Positions 27,401 through 36,492 of a stretch of 38,804 nucleotides of DNA are shown piece by piece. Made by a program: the position numbers and the translations under genes. The notes beneath the pieces were generated by a model, which had not been told where the DNA came from, ran no database searches, and saw only the letters and a program-made list of their open reading frames with translations. The first letter of the stretch is position 1. Every line of letters begins with the position of its first letter. Source of the stretch: Candidatus Eiseniibacteriota bacterium (GTDB lineage Bacteria > JAFGKV01); contig JALOPK010000001.1 of NCBI GenBank assembly GCA_025453925.1, positions 1-38,804 on the forward strand, written 5' to 3'.

Positions 27401-28573
27401 ATGATGTCCCCACACATTCCCGTTCCGCTTCTTGATCTCAAGCCGCAATACGCCTCCCTCAGAGTCGAAATCCAGGCCGCCCTGGAAAGAGTCGCAGAGT
27501 CGCAGCAGTTCATCCTGGGCCCCGAGGTCGAGGCCTTCGAGCGGGAGATCGCGGCATACTCGGCCTGCGCCTTCGGCGTGGGCGTTTCCTCGGGCACGGA
27601 TGCGCTGCTCATCGCGCTCATGGCCCTTGGGATCGCCCCCGGAGATGAAGTGATCACTACGCCTTATACGTTCTTCGCCACGGCCGGCTGCGTGAGCCGT
27701 CTCGGCGCGCGGCCGGTGTTCGCCGACATCGACCCCCTGACCTATAACATCGATCCCGACGGCATCGAACGGGTCATCAGCGGCAGAACTCGTGCCATCA
27801 TCCCCGTGCATCTCTACGGGCAGATGGCGGAGATGGATCCCATCGTGGATGTTGCCTCCCGCCACGGTCTCTCCGTCATCGAAGACGCGGCCCAGGCCAT
27901 CGGTGCGGAGTACCGGTCCCGCCGGGCCGGCTCCATCGGACACATCGGCACGTTCAGCTTCTTCCCCTCCAAGAACTTGGGCGGATTCGGCGACGGAGGC
28001 ATGGTGACCACGGCCGACGGGGCCATGGCCGACCGCCTCCGGATTCTCCGCAACCACGGAGCGAGTCCGAAGTACTACCACAAAGTCGTCGGGGGGAACT
28101 TCCGGCTGGATGCCCTCCAGGCCGCGGTGTTGCGCATCAAGCTTCGCCGCCTCGATGGCTGGACCGAGGCTCGCCAGACCAACGCGTCGAAGTACCGGCG
28201 GCTGTTCGTCGCTGCGGGGCTCTGTGACCCGGCATCACCTGCCGCACCCACCGACGACTATCCCGTCGTCCTCCCCGCCGAGGCGGATCGCCGACGGCAC
28301 ATCTACAATCAGTTCGTCATCAGGGCTCTACGAAGGGACGGGCTGATTGCCCACATGAAGGCGAGGAGCATCGGTCACGAGATCTACTATCCGGTGCCCC
28401 TGCATCAGCAGGAGTGCTTCGCGGATCTTGGCTATCGGCCGGGAGCCTTCCCCGAGAGCGAACGGGCCGCCGCGCAGACGGTGGCCCTCCCCATCTACCC
28501 GGAACTGACCGCAAGGATGCAGGAATCCGTGGTTTCCGCCATTGCCGAGTACTATCAGGCCGGCGCCGCGTGA
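27401..28573 (+). CDS. DegT/DnrJ/EryC1/StrS-family PLP-dependent sugar aminotransferase
   Basis: 390 aa. Supporting blocks are [72 protein letters not shown] and [17 protein letters not shown] (Schiff-base Lys region). Confidence 0.9.
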   Translation: MMSPHIPVPLLDLKPQYASLRVEIQAALERVAESQQFILGPEVEAFEREIAAYSACAFGVGVSSGTDALLIALMALGIAPGDEVITTPYTFFATAGCVSRLGARPVFADIDPLTYNIDPDGIERVISGRTRAIIPVHLYGQMAEMDPIVDVASRHGLSVIEDAAQAIGAEYRSRRAGSIGHIGTFSFFPSKNLGGFGDGGMVTTADGAMADRLRILRNHGASPKYYHKVVGGNFRLDALQAAVLRIKLRRLDGWTEARQTNASKYRRLFVAAGLCDPASPAAPTDDYPVVLPAEADRRRHIYNQFVIRALRRDGLIAHMKARSIGHEIYYPVPLHQQECFADLGYRPGAFPESERAAAQTVALPIYPELTARMQESVVSAIAEYYQAGAA

Positions 28574-28735
28574 GCGGGTTCATCCCGCCGGCGATGGCCT
28601 CGTGGCGTGGGCCGGTCTGCCCCCGGCCTGTCCGGTCGAACATTGTGGAAGGTGGCCCGCCGCAGGACGACGGCTCGTTCGTACCGCCGGCCGCGCTCCG
28701 ATGCATGACAACTGACACCACTCGAGGGAACTCTC

Positions 28736-30382
28736 ATGAATGAAATGTCGACAAGTCCCGCAGGCGAAGCGTTTCCCCTGCCACGCAACGAAGACTATGC
28801 GGAAGAGTTCAAGCGGGTTGCCCGTCTCGTCGACCAGGCCCGGTCCGACGGCAAGGAAATTGTCGTGGTGATGGGCGTCGGTTTCGTCGGGGCGGTGATG
28901 GCCGCCATCGTTGCCGATACCCTCGATCCCGTCACCGGACGGCCCGAGAAGTTCGTCGTCGGCTGCCAGCGGCCCAGCTCTCGCAGTTTCTGGAAGATCC
29001 CCCTGCTCAACCGCGGAGAGGCTCCCGTCAAGGCCGAAGACCCCGAAGTGGCTCCGATGATCCGGCGCTGCGTCTTGGAGAAGAAGACCCTGACCGCCAC
29101 CTACAACAGCGATTGCCTTGCTCTGGCCGACTGCGTGGTCGTCGACGTTCAGTGCGACTACCGCAAGAACTCGCTGGGCGACATGCGGACGGGTGAAGTC
29201 GAGATGGGCGCGCTGGAGGCGACCATGCGCACGATCGGGGAGAAGGTGCCTGCCCAGTGTCTCGTGCTCATCGAGACGACGGTGGCCCCGGGGACCACCG
29301 AGTTTGTCGCATATCCCATCATGAAGAAGGAGTTCCAGAGGCGCGGCATCGAGACGGCGCCGCTGCTGGCCCACAGCTTCGAACGGGTCATGCCGGGCCG
29401 GAACTACGTGTCGTCAATACGGGACTTCTGGCGGGTCTGCTCCGGGTGCAACCCCGAGGCCCGCGAGCGGGTGGTGAGGTTCCTCACCGAAGTCCTCAAC
29501 ACCAAGGACTTCCCCCTCACGGTCATGGATCGGCCCATCGAGTCGGAAACCACGAAGATCATCGAGAACTCCTACCGGGCGACGATTCTGGCGTTCCTTG
29601 ACGAATGGAGTGTGTTCTCCGAGCGCAACGGGGTCGACCTCACGAAAGTGATCAAGGCCATCAAGATGCGGCCCACGCACAGCAACATGATCTTCCCCGG
29701 TCCGGGAATCGGGGGGTATTGCCTGCCCAAGGACGGCGGGCTGGGGCAGTGGGCCTACCATCACATTCTCGGCTTTGAGGACGACATCTTCAAGATCACG
29801 CCGCAGGCCATCGACATCAACGACACGCGCGGCCTCCGGGCCGCCGAACAGACCCGGGACGCCCTTCGGAACATGGGGCGCTACATCGCGGGGGCCTCGG
29901 TGCTGCTGTGCGGCGCCAGCTATCGGGAGGACGTGGGCGACACTCGGTACAGCGGATCGGAACTGGTTGCCAGGAAACTGACCGAGATGGGCGCGGAGAT
30001 CAGGGTCCATGATCCCTATGTTGATCATTGGTATGAGCTTGAGGAACAGGCGACATATCCGGGGCCGGGCCAGTCCTGGGCGCGGTTTTTCCGCAATCAG
30101 GAGGAACTCACTCACATCCGTGTGCAGAAGGATCTCGCTGGCGCCGCGCGAGGGGTCGAGGCAATCATCCTGGCCGTGCGGCATGCGCAGTATCTGGAGC
30201 TCGACCCTGATGAAGTCCTCTCCTGGGTCGGCGCGCCCTTCGCCATTGTCGATTGCTTCGGCATTCTGGATGATGCGCGGATTCGCCGGTACTTCGAGTT
30301 GGGGTGTGAAGTCAAGGGGCTCGGCCGTGGCCACATCTCCCGGTTGAAGAAGGCTGCGCGGCGCACGCCCGCCGGGTCCTGA
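28736..30382 (+). CDS. UDP-glucose/GDP-mannose dehydrogenase-family nucleotide-sugar 6-dehydrogenase (unusually long, 548 aa)
   Basis: GAGGGA lies 8 nt upstream of ATG 28736. VVVMGVGFVGAVMA is the NAD-binding GxGxxG motif. GPGIGGYCLPKDG contains the catalytic Cys. The C-terminal UDP-binding-type region is ASYREDVGDTRYS. Confidence 0.9.
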   Translation: MNEMSTSPAGEAFPLPRNEDYAEEFKRVARLVDQARSDGKEIVVVMGVGFVGAVMAAIVADTLDPVTGRPEKFVVGCQRPSSRSFWKIPLLNRGEAPVKAEDPEVAPMIRRCVLEKKTLTATYNSDCLALADCVVVDVQCDYRKNSLGDMRTGEVEMGALEATMRTIGEKVPAQCLVLIETTVAPGTTEFVAYPIMKKEFQRRGIETAPLLAHSFERVMPGRNYVSSIRDFWRVCSGCNPEARERVVRFLTEVLNTKDFPLTVMDRPIESETTKIIENSYRATILAFLDEWSVFSERNGVDLTKVIKAIKMRPTHSNMIFPGPGIGGYCLPKDGGLGQWAYHHILGFEDDIFKITPQAIDINDTRGLRAAEQTRDALRNMGRYIAGASVLLCGASYREDVGDTRYSGSELVARKLTEMGAEIRVHDPYVDHWYELEEQATYPGPGQSWARFFRNQEELTHIRVQKDLAGAARGVEAIILAVRHAQYLELDPDEVLSWVGAPFAIVDCFGILDDARIRRYFELGCEVKGLGRGHISRLKKAARRTPAGS

Positions 30383-30676
30383 GGGTCCCCCGGGAACGCC
30401 GTTCGACTGACGCGCGTTTTCTCGCCGGGATCAGGGTCGACCAATGATGCGAGGCATCGCCCGGCCCGGCCTGTGGACATGATAACTGGTATGCATCGCG
30501 CGGGCCCGCGATCGGCCGGCGATCGCCGCGGCGGCCTCTGCCGGGTGAGCCGGAGTACGCTATCCGAGCGCCCGCGCCTTGCGCGCGCGGCCCTTCGGCG
30601 GCACATTCTCCCGGCTCTGGATACTGAGGGCCGTCATTGGACCTTCCGTTCTCGAACCGCATGATGGGGGGTACCC

Positions 30677-31723
30677 ATGTGCTCGCTCCGAAGGTCACGA
30701 CATCGCCTGCGACGCTCGATCAAGCATATGCTTGCCCGGCGACACGAGCGCCGCAGAGTGCTCAATATTGTCATCGCGACTTTGGCAAGTGCCGTCTTCC
30801 TGTGGGTCGCCGTGCACATCATACCGGGATTCCTTGCCCGGGTGGGAGAGAAGACGCTGGGCGTGGCCGCCGCAAAAGGCAATGCCGACCTGATGCGGAT
30901 CCTCCTGAGCCTTGGTATCGAACCGGGGACGCCCGATCCCTTCGGCCTCACGCCCCTCCACCGCGCGGCGTACCAAGGAAGGGTCGACCTCGTCGAACTC
31001 CTGCTGCAGCGCGGCGCCAACCCCGGATTCCCCGGCCAGGGCGGCATGACCCCGCTCCATCTGGCGACCATGTCGGGGTATGATCAGATCGTCAACCGTC
31101 TCATCGCGGCAGGTGCGCCCATTGGCTCAGAGGACACCAAGGGGAGAACCCCGCTCTTCTACGCCGTCGCCCGCAACTTCAGGCCGATCGCCGATTCGCT
31201 TATCGCCCACGGCGGAGACATCGATGATCGGGATATGCTCGGTCAATCCGTGCTGCACCACACGATCCAAGGAGGGCGGGTCGAATCAGCCGAACTCGCG
31301 CTCGCGCTCGGGGCCGATCCCGAAGCCGCCGACAGCACCGGCGTGCGGCCACTGCACCAGGCCGCCCGTCGCGGCCTGCTCTCCGTGATGGATCTCCTCC
31401 TCGCTCGTGGAGCAGAGCTTCAGGCCGAAGCACTGGATGGGCAGTCGCCCCTTCACTACGCGGTCAACGGGGGGCAACTGGAGGCAGCCCAACTCCTCAT
31501 CGAGCGAGGCGCCAAGGTCAACATACCCATGGACCGGGGCGTTACCCCGCTTCACGCAGCCGTCATTTCCCGCAACTACGAGATGGTGCGCCTGCTTCTC
31601 GAACGAGGCGCTGACATCAACGCAGTGACCGACAAGGGGTGGACTCCGCTTCACTACGCCGCGTCGGCGGGCGAGAGCAAGATCATCAAGCTTCTCACCC
31701 AGTACGGGGCTCGGTACACCTAG
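30677..31723 (+). CDS. N-terminally membrane-anchored ankyrin-repeat protein (~9 ANK repeats)
   Basis: 348 aa. A basic tail is followed by the TM helix VLNIVIATLASAVFLWVAVHIIPGFL. About nine 33-aa repeats follow, of the type G.TPLH.AA..G....V.LLL..GA (for example GLTPLHRAAYQGRVDLVELLLQRGANP and GWTPLHYAASAGESKIIKLLTQYGA). An alternative start is ATG 30728. Confidence 0.85.
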   Translation: MCSLRRSRHRLRRSIKHMLARRHERRRVLNIVIATLASAVFLWVAVHIIPGFLARVGEKTLGVAAAKGNADLMRILLSLGIEPGTPDPFGLTPLHRAAYQGRVDLVELLLQRGANPGFPGQGGMTPLHLATMSGYDQIVNRLIAAGAPIGSEDTKGRTPLFYAVARNFRPIADSLIAHGGDIDDRDMLGQSVLHHTIQGGRVESAELALALGADPEAADSTGVRPLHQAARRGLLSVMDLLLARGAELQAEALDGQSPLHYAVNGGQLEAAQLLIERGAKVNIPMDRGVTPLHAAVISRNYEMVRLLLERGADINAVTDKGWTPLHYAASAGESKIIKLLTQYGARYT

Positions 31724-31732
31724 TCATTGGAG

Positions 31733-31752
31733 GGACACGTTCCATCGTGTCC
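31733..31752. terminator. Hairpin between convergent genes (candidate bidirectional terminator)
   Basis: GGACACG-ttccat-CGTGTCC is a 7-bp stem with a 6-nt loop. It lies in the 71-nt gap between the ankyrin stop (31723) and the ABC exporter stop (31795). There is no U-tract. Confidence 0.3.
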
Positions 31753-31794
31753 GGATGGCATCGCCCCCAGAGGATTCACTGCCAGGGGCGGTGT

Positions 31795-33651
31795 TCAGCT
31801 CTCCCGGTAGGCGGCTGCCTGCAGCTCATACATGCGGGCGTACGTGCCGCCTCGCGCCACGAGCTCGGCGTGTGAACCCGCCTCGGTCACCCTGCCGTGT
31901 TCAAGCACATAGATACGATCTGCCAGGCGGACCGTGGAGAACCGATGGCTCACCAGAATCGCCGATCGTCCTTCCAGCAAGTCCCGAAAACGGCAGAAGA
32001 TCTCGTATTCGGATCGGGCATCCAGAGAGCTGGTCGGCTCATCCAGCACGATAAGCTGCGCATCCCGCAAGAAGGCCCGCGCGAGCGCGATCTTCTGCCA
32101 CTGGCCGAAGCTCAACTCCTCGCCTTCTTCCAGCCACTTGCCCAGCGTGCTGTCGTATCCCTTGGGAAGTTCGAGAAGGGTGTCATGAATGCCGGACTTC
32201 CGTGCAGCATGCTCGATGGCCGGATCCCGCGGGTCACGGATGACGTCGCCAAACCAGATGTTCTCTCTCGCGCTGACCGGGTACTGGGCGAAGTCCTGGA
32301 AGATGACGCCCATCTGGGCGCGAAGTTCCGTGGCGGCATACTCACGGATATCGCGGCCGTCAAGCGTGATGGCACCGTGGGTCGGGTCATACAGCCGGCA
32401 CATCAGTTTGATGAGCGTGGTCTTGCCTGAGCCGTTTTCCCCGACCAACGCGATCACCTCACCGGGTGCGATCCGGAGGCAGGCATCGGTCAGCACCTCG
32501 TGATTGTTGTTCTCGTACCGGAAGTGTACTCCGTGGAACTCGATGCCCGAGACCATGGGTCGCGGCACCGGCCGCGGCGACTCGGGGTCGACCACCTGCG
32601 GCTTCTGTTCCAGGAACTCGTAGAGGTTGGATAGGAAGAGATTCCCCTCGTACAGGCCCGCCAGCGACACCAGAATCTGACGGAGCTGCGAGAGACCCCT
32701 TTGAAACGCCTGATAGTACATGACGACCGCCCCGACCGTGAGCTTCCCCACGACGGCGCCTCGGGCGATGGCGGCGAAGGCCGCGAATACGGTGGCGGTC
32801 CCCGCAGTCTGCGCCACGAGTTCGGCCACCGTCTGCTTCCGTGCAAGGTCGAGCCGCTCCCGGCGGAGTTGGACCCTGAGCCGTCCGTAGCGGGAGCGGA
32901 ACAGGTCACCGAGCTGGAACAACCGGATTTCCTTGGCGAACCGGATGCCCGATATCATCCAGTCATAGAACGCGACCAGCCGCTCCGTGTTGGTGCGCTC
33001 CCGTTGCCACTTGTACATGCGCTCCGAGTAGGCAAGCTTCACCACCACCACGGGAGTTGCGGCGAAGAAGAGTGCAATGGCCATGACCGGGCTGAATGAG
33101 ACGATCAGCCCCAGGATCGCCAGCAGACCGATGGTGTTCTGCACAAGTCCGGTGAGACTGCTCAGAATCATCGCCGGCCGGCCCGCGCCTTCCCGTTTCG
33201 CGCGGTGCATGATGTCGTAGTAGGTGGCGTTCTCATAGTGGGCGAGATCCAGTTCCAGGGCCCGGGTCTGGATCACCGATTGCACGTGATCCGTGAGTCG
33301 TTGGCTCTGATCCTGGCTGACCAGCCCCGCCACCGCGCCGGCCAGCGCCGCGACCATGGCCACCACAGCCGACAGCACGATGAGGAACACCGCCTGATGG
33401 ATGTGAGCCATGGGATTCGGGTTGGCCAGGGCGACCGCGACCGCATCAACGATCCGTTTCATCAGATAGAGATTCACGATGGGCAGGATTCCCTGCACCG
33501 CCTGCAGTACCAGCGTGACGATGAGGTGGCGCGGACCACTGACCCACGCCAGTTTCACGGCCCGGTCTACCCGGAGGGCGAGTCGGAGTTTGTCCTTGAG
33601 CCGCTTCGGGCGGCCGTCGGGATGGCGGAGGGTTACTGCTTGGGCTGGCAC
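31795..33651 (-). CDS. ABC exporter, fused permease + ATPase half-transporter (MsbA/McjD/PglK architecture)
   Basis: 618 aa. GTG 33651 lies 3 nt after the upstream stop. A six-helix TMD precedes Walker A GENGSGKTT, the signature LSFGQ (nt 32101-32115; canonical is LSGGQ), Walker B LIVLDEPTSSLD and an H-loop ILVSHR. Confidence 0.9.
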   Translation of the reverse strand: MPAQAVTLRHPDGRPKRLKDKLRLALRVDRAVKLAWVSGPRHLIVTLVLQAVQGILPIVNLYLMKRIVDAVAVALANPNPMAHIHQAVFLIVLSAVVAMVAALAGAVAGLVSQDQSQRLTDHVQSVIQTRALELDLAHYENATYYDIMHRAKREGAGRPAMILSSLTGLVQNTIGLLAILGLIVSFSPVMAIALFFAATPVVVVKLAYSERMYKWQRERTNTERLVAFYDWMISGIRFAKEIRLFQLGDLFRSRYGRLRVQLRRERLDLARKQTVAELVAQTAGTATVFAAFAAIARGAVVGKLTVGAVVMYYQAFQRGLSQLRQILVSLAGLYEGNLFLSNLYEFLEQKPQVVDPESPRPVPRPMVSGIEFHGVHFRYENNNHEVLTDACLRIAPGEVIALVGENGSGKTTLIKLMCRLYDPTHGAITLDGRDIREYAATELRAQMGVIFQDFAQYPVSARENIWFGDVIRDPRDPAIEHAARKSGIHDTLLELPKGYDSTLGKWLEEGEELSFGQWQKIALARAFLRDAQLIVLDEPTSSLDARSEYEIFCRFRDLLEGRSAILVSHRFSTVRLADRIYVLEHGRVTEAGSHAELVARGGTYARMYELQAAAYRES

Positions 33652-33654
33652 CGG

Positions 33655-34317
33655 CTATCGCTCCCCGAACTCCTCGACCGCCCGGCGCAGGAATGCCTTG
33701 TCTACAAATGGAAGATAGACGTACCGGATGCTCCAGAGATGACCGCCGGGCACGTGTCGCCCGATGATCCCTCTTCCCATCAGCAGGAGGAGTTCCTGAC
33801 CCCGTGGCCGTCTTACCGCCAGCACTCGGGGGCGGGAACGTGCCGGGAGCAATGCCCAGAGACGGACGCCGGAGAGCCATCGTCCGAGATCAATGGCGCG
33901 GATCAGCCCGTACATGATCCGCCTGCGCACCCGATCGAGCCTCGCGTGCCTGCGCCGGATTCGGTGGTAGGCAAGGCCGACAGATCCTCCCCACACCTGA
34001 CGCTCGCGGCCCTTGCGCTCGACGGCGGTGACGCATCCGACGATATCCTCCGGCCGTAGCATCCACGGGTCCACGCCGCTCATGATGCTGTCCCCGCAGG
34101 TGACGATACCCTCGTTGGAGACTTCGATCACGCGGTGCGAGATGAGGTCCCCGCCCTGGGGAGACGAGAAGACGATCACATCGCCCCGCCGCACGCTGCG
34201 CTGCGCATACGGGACGATGGTCAGCACGTCGCCGGGAGCGAAGGTCGGGGTCATGCTCCGCTTGTAGTAGAAGAGCTGTTTGCAGCTTCCATTCACCAGT
34301 TCGTCGGATTCGGTCAT
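33655..34317 (-). CDS. S26B-type (SipW/Sec11/archaeal-like, Ser-His) signal-peptidase-fold protease without a membrane anchor, plus a ~100-aa basic C-terminal domain
   Basis: ATG 34317; the longer version starts at a TTG at 34431. The Ser box is YKRSMTPTFAPGD (Ser codon 34255-34257). The His box is LISHRVIEV (His codon 34135-34137). The GD...D...IVG box is TCGDSIMSGVDPWMLRPEDIVG. There is no N-terminal hydrophobic helix. Confidence 0.7.
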   Translation of the reverse strand: MTESDELVNGSCKQLFYYKRSMTPTFAPGDVLTIVPYAQRSVRRGDVIVFSSPQGGDLISHRVIEVSNEGIVTCGDSIMSGVDPWMLRPEDIVGCVTAVERKGRERQVWGGSVGLAYHRIRRRHARLDRVRRRIMYGLIRAIDLGRWLSGVRLWALLPARSRPRVLAVRRPRGQELLLLMGRGIIGRHVPGGHLWSIRYVYLPFVDKAFLRRAVEEFGER

Positions 34318-34625
34318 GGTTCCAGCGTCGCGAAGTGACGTTTCAGGGACAGTGGCATGGCCGACAGGAGGGAGGAAAGATCCTCCCCCATGCAGCAGGG
34401 ACAACTCCCATGGCGAATCACCCGCACTCAATGAGCAGCGTCACGAGGCCATTCGACGGCACACGCACCAGATGCCGGCGGGCTGATCACCCGACACGGC
34501 GAAACGGAGTGCCGGTCGTCGGCTGACCGCATCACGCTTCGACGGTTTGCCACGATCCCGGGCGCGAGGGTATCTGCCTTTGGGAGCCTCACAAGAGTAC
34601 ACCGACCGGCGTCTTTCGACAACGA

Positions 34626-35876
34626 CTACTCGGAGCGAAGCCAGCGCTTGAGCGCCGCCTCATCACGAACGCCCCGGGCCGACGCTCGTGTGGCACGCTC
34701 CCCCCGGGCCAGACGCCACAGTAGCGGCAGGTAGGTGCGGGTCAGCGCGCCGAGCCTTCTCGCGTAGCATGCCGCCACGCGGCATGACCCGGCCGGCACA
34801 CCGCTGCGGCGTGCCAGCTCCCCCGGGGGCATGAACAGTTGCCGGCCCAGCGCCCGAAGCCTGCTCCCCGTCGGGGGAGGGACGGCGATGCGCTTGAGCA
34901 TCGTCCACGAGGCGGCATCGCGCGGCTTCCCCTCCAGCAGACGAGCCCGGGCGGCCTCGAGTATGGGCTCTCGGGGGGGGGCCGGCTGGAGTGCGCGCAC
35001 GATCTCTCCCGGGATCATCACGCCAAGAAGCTCATGACAGAGGGCAAGCGTCACCCACGCTCCCCGGGTCATGCGCCATTCCTGCGCACGGCGGACCAGC
35101 ATGTTCCAGTCGAAGACCGACCCTCTGCGCGTCAGGATGGCATCGACATCGCACAAGACCGGAAGACCGAGGCAGAATGCATGCTGCATGGCCGCGTGCA
35201 TGCACAAGTGGAGGACCGCATCCTCGGGACACATGACCCGGGCGTCCGCGCCGTTGAGGCGGATCGTCTCCGCCCGGGCCCAGACGCCCTCGATGTCGAC
35301 GGGCGACCCGGGCCGGCTGAGATCGAATGTCCGGTGCACCTCGATCACGGTGCCCGTCCTGCTTGCCAGCGAGACATGGGCGATGTGGGGAGGTGACGCC
35401 GATGCGAGATGTGGTTCCGCGTGAACCTTGAACCCCGCTCCCTGCATCAGCGCCACCGACCGGGCGAAGTCGGCCGATCTGACCATGATATCGGCGTCGG
35501 CCATCGGGCGCGTTGCCTCACGCGGATACACGAAACGCGCGAGGTGTGCACCCTTCAGGAGCAGCACGTCGATCCCCTGCCGGCATAATACCCCGGTGAT
35601 TCGTTCAAGCGCCGAGAAGATCTTCATGTTCCTCAGGGAGGATTGCAGGTACTCGTCCCGGAGGAATGCCATAGTGTTGGTGTCGAGGGGTGATGGGCCG
35701 GCTCGGCCCCGCAACGTCGCAAAGAGCAAAGGCGCAACGCCGTGGTGTGCCGCCTCCTGTGCGATGGACATCCCCGTGGGGGGATCGACGCCCGGCATGC
35801 CGCGCGCGGGGAGCGACGTGTCGCCCCGAAGGAGGGACAGAAGCCGGCGGCTTTGCTCGCTGAGTCGGTCAGGCAT
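34626..35876 (-). CDS. Uncharacterised nucleotidyltransferase family protein (PF14907/NTP_transf_5-like, pol-beta fold)
   Basis: AGGGAG lies upstream of ATG 35876. LLLKGAHLARFVYPREATRPMADADIMV is a G-x(n)-D-x-D NTase motif (DAD codons 35490-35498). VIEVHRTF and the overall layout are typical of this family as I recall it. Confidence 0.7.
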   Translation of the reverse strand: MPDRLSEQSRRLLSLLRGDTSLPARGMPGVDPPTGMSIAQEAAHHGVAPLLFATLRGRAGPSPLDTNTMAFLRDEYLQSSLRNMKIFSALERITGVLCRQGIDVLLLKGAHLARFVYPREATRPMADADIMVRSADFARSVALMQGAGFKVHAEPHLASASPPHIAHVSLASRTGTVIEVHRTFDLSRPGSPVDIEGVWARAETIRLNGADARVMCPEDAVLHLCMHAAMQHAFCLGLPVLCDVDAILTRRGSVFDWNMLVRRAQEWRMTRGAWVTLALCHELLGVMIPGEIVRALQPAPPREPILEAARARLLEGKPRDAASWTMLKRIAVPPPTGSRLRALGRQLFMPPGELARRSGVPAGSCRVAACYARRLGALTRTYLPLLWRLARGERATRASARGVRDEAALKRWLRSE

Positions 35877-36492
35877 CCTGACTCCCTGGTTCGAATAACG
35901 GCGGCCGCGGAGGCGTGTCGCGATTCGACCTCCTCTCATCCGGCCATCACTCCCGGTCGACGTGTCAAGACGGTGGATGCGGCGCCGTGATCGGGAGCCC
36001 CGGGAACGCCACGCGGGACTCCATCTGACTGATACTCCGGCGATCGTGGGCAGTGATCCAAATACGAAAACGCATGTGCGTCAAGGGATTGCTTCGTCCG
36101 AGGCACCGTTCCCACTGGATGGTCAGCGCGTCGATTGGACCGATGGAGGACTCCCGGCGTGCCCATCGCACGACGCGTCCACACCCCGCTGTCCACGACG
36201 GCTCTCCGCCCTCGAGGGCGGTGAGCGGGCCGGGAGCGGCCGACGCTGAGTGTGCCGCCCGGCTTGGGACCTCGAGCCACGAGTCCTCCTCCGGGGCTGT
36301 CCGGGGGCGACGGCGACTGCCTGCGGGGGTGGCGCCGCGAGCCCGGTGAACCCTATATTCGCCCGACCGCTCGGATATCCCGGGATCGCCGTCGCGGTGC
36401 GTCCGCTCTCCTGCCGCTCACCGCGGGACAGGTGCACGTGCACATCGTGCGCATGACCGTTCCACCACTTCCCCGACCCATGCGAGGTCCTG

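Noticed and set aside
31795-35876. Reading the nucleotidyltransferase + protease + ABC trio as a CBASS-like or other anti-phage signalling system.
   Set aside because: The NTase has the layout of the uncharacterised PF14907-type family rather than a cGAS/DncV-like cyclase. There is no effector (nuclease, phospholipase, TIR, pore) or sensor gene. The tight coupling to an exporter fits peptide or glycan export better.
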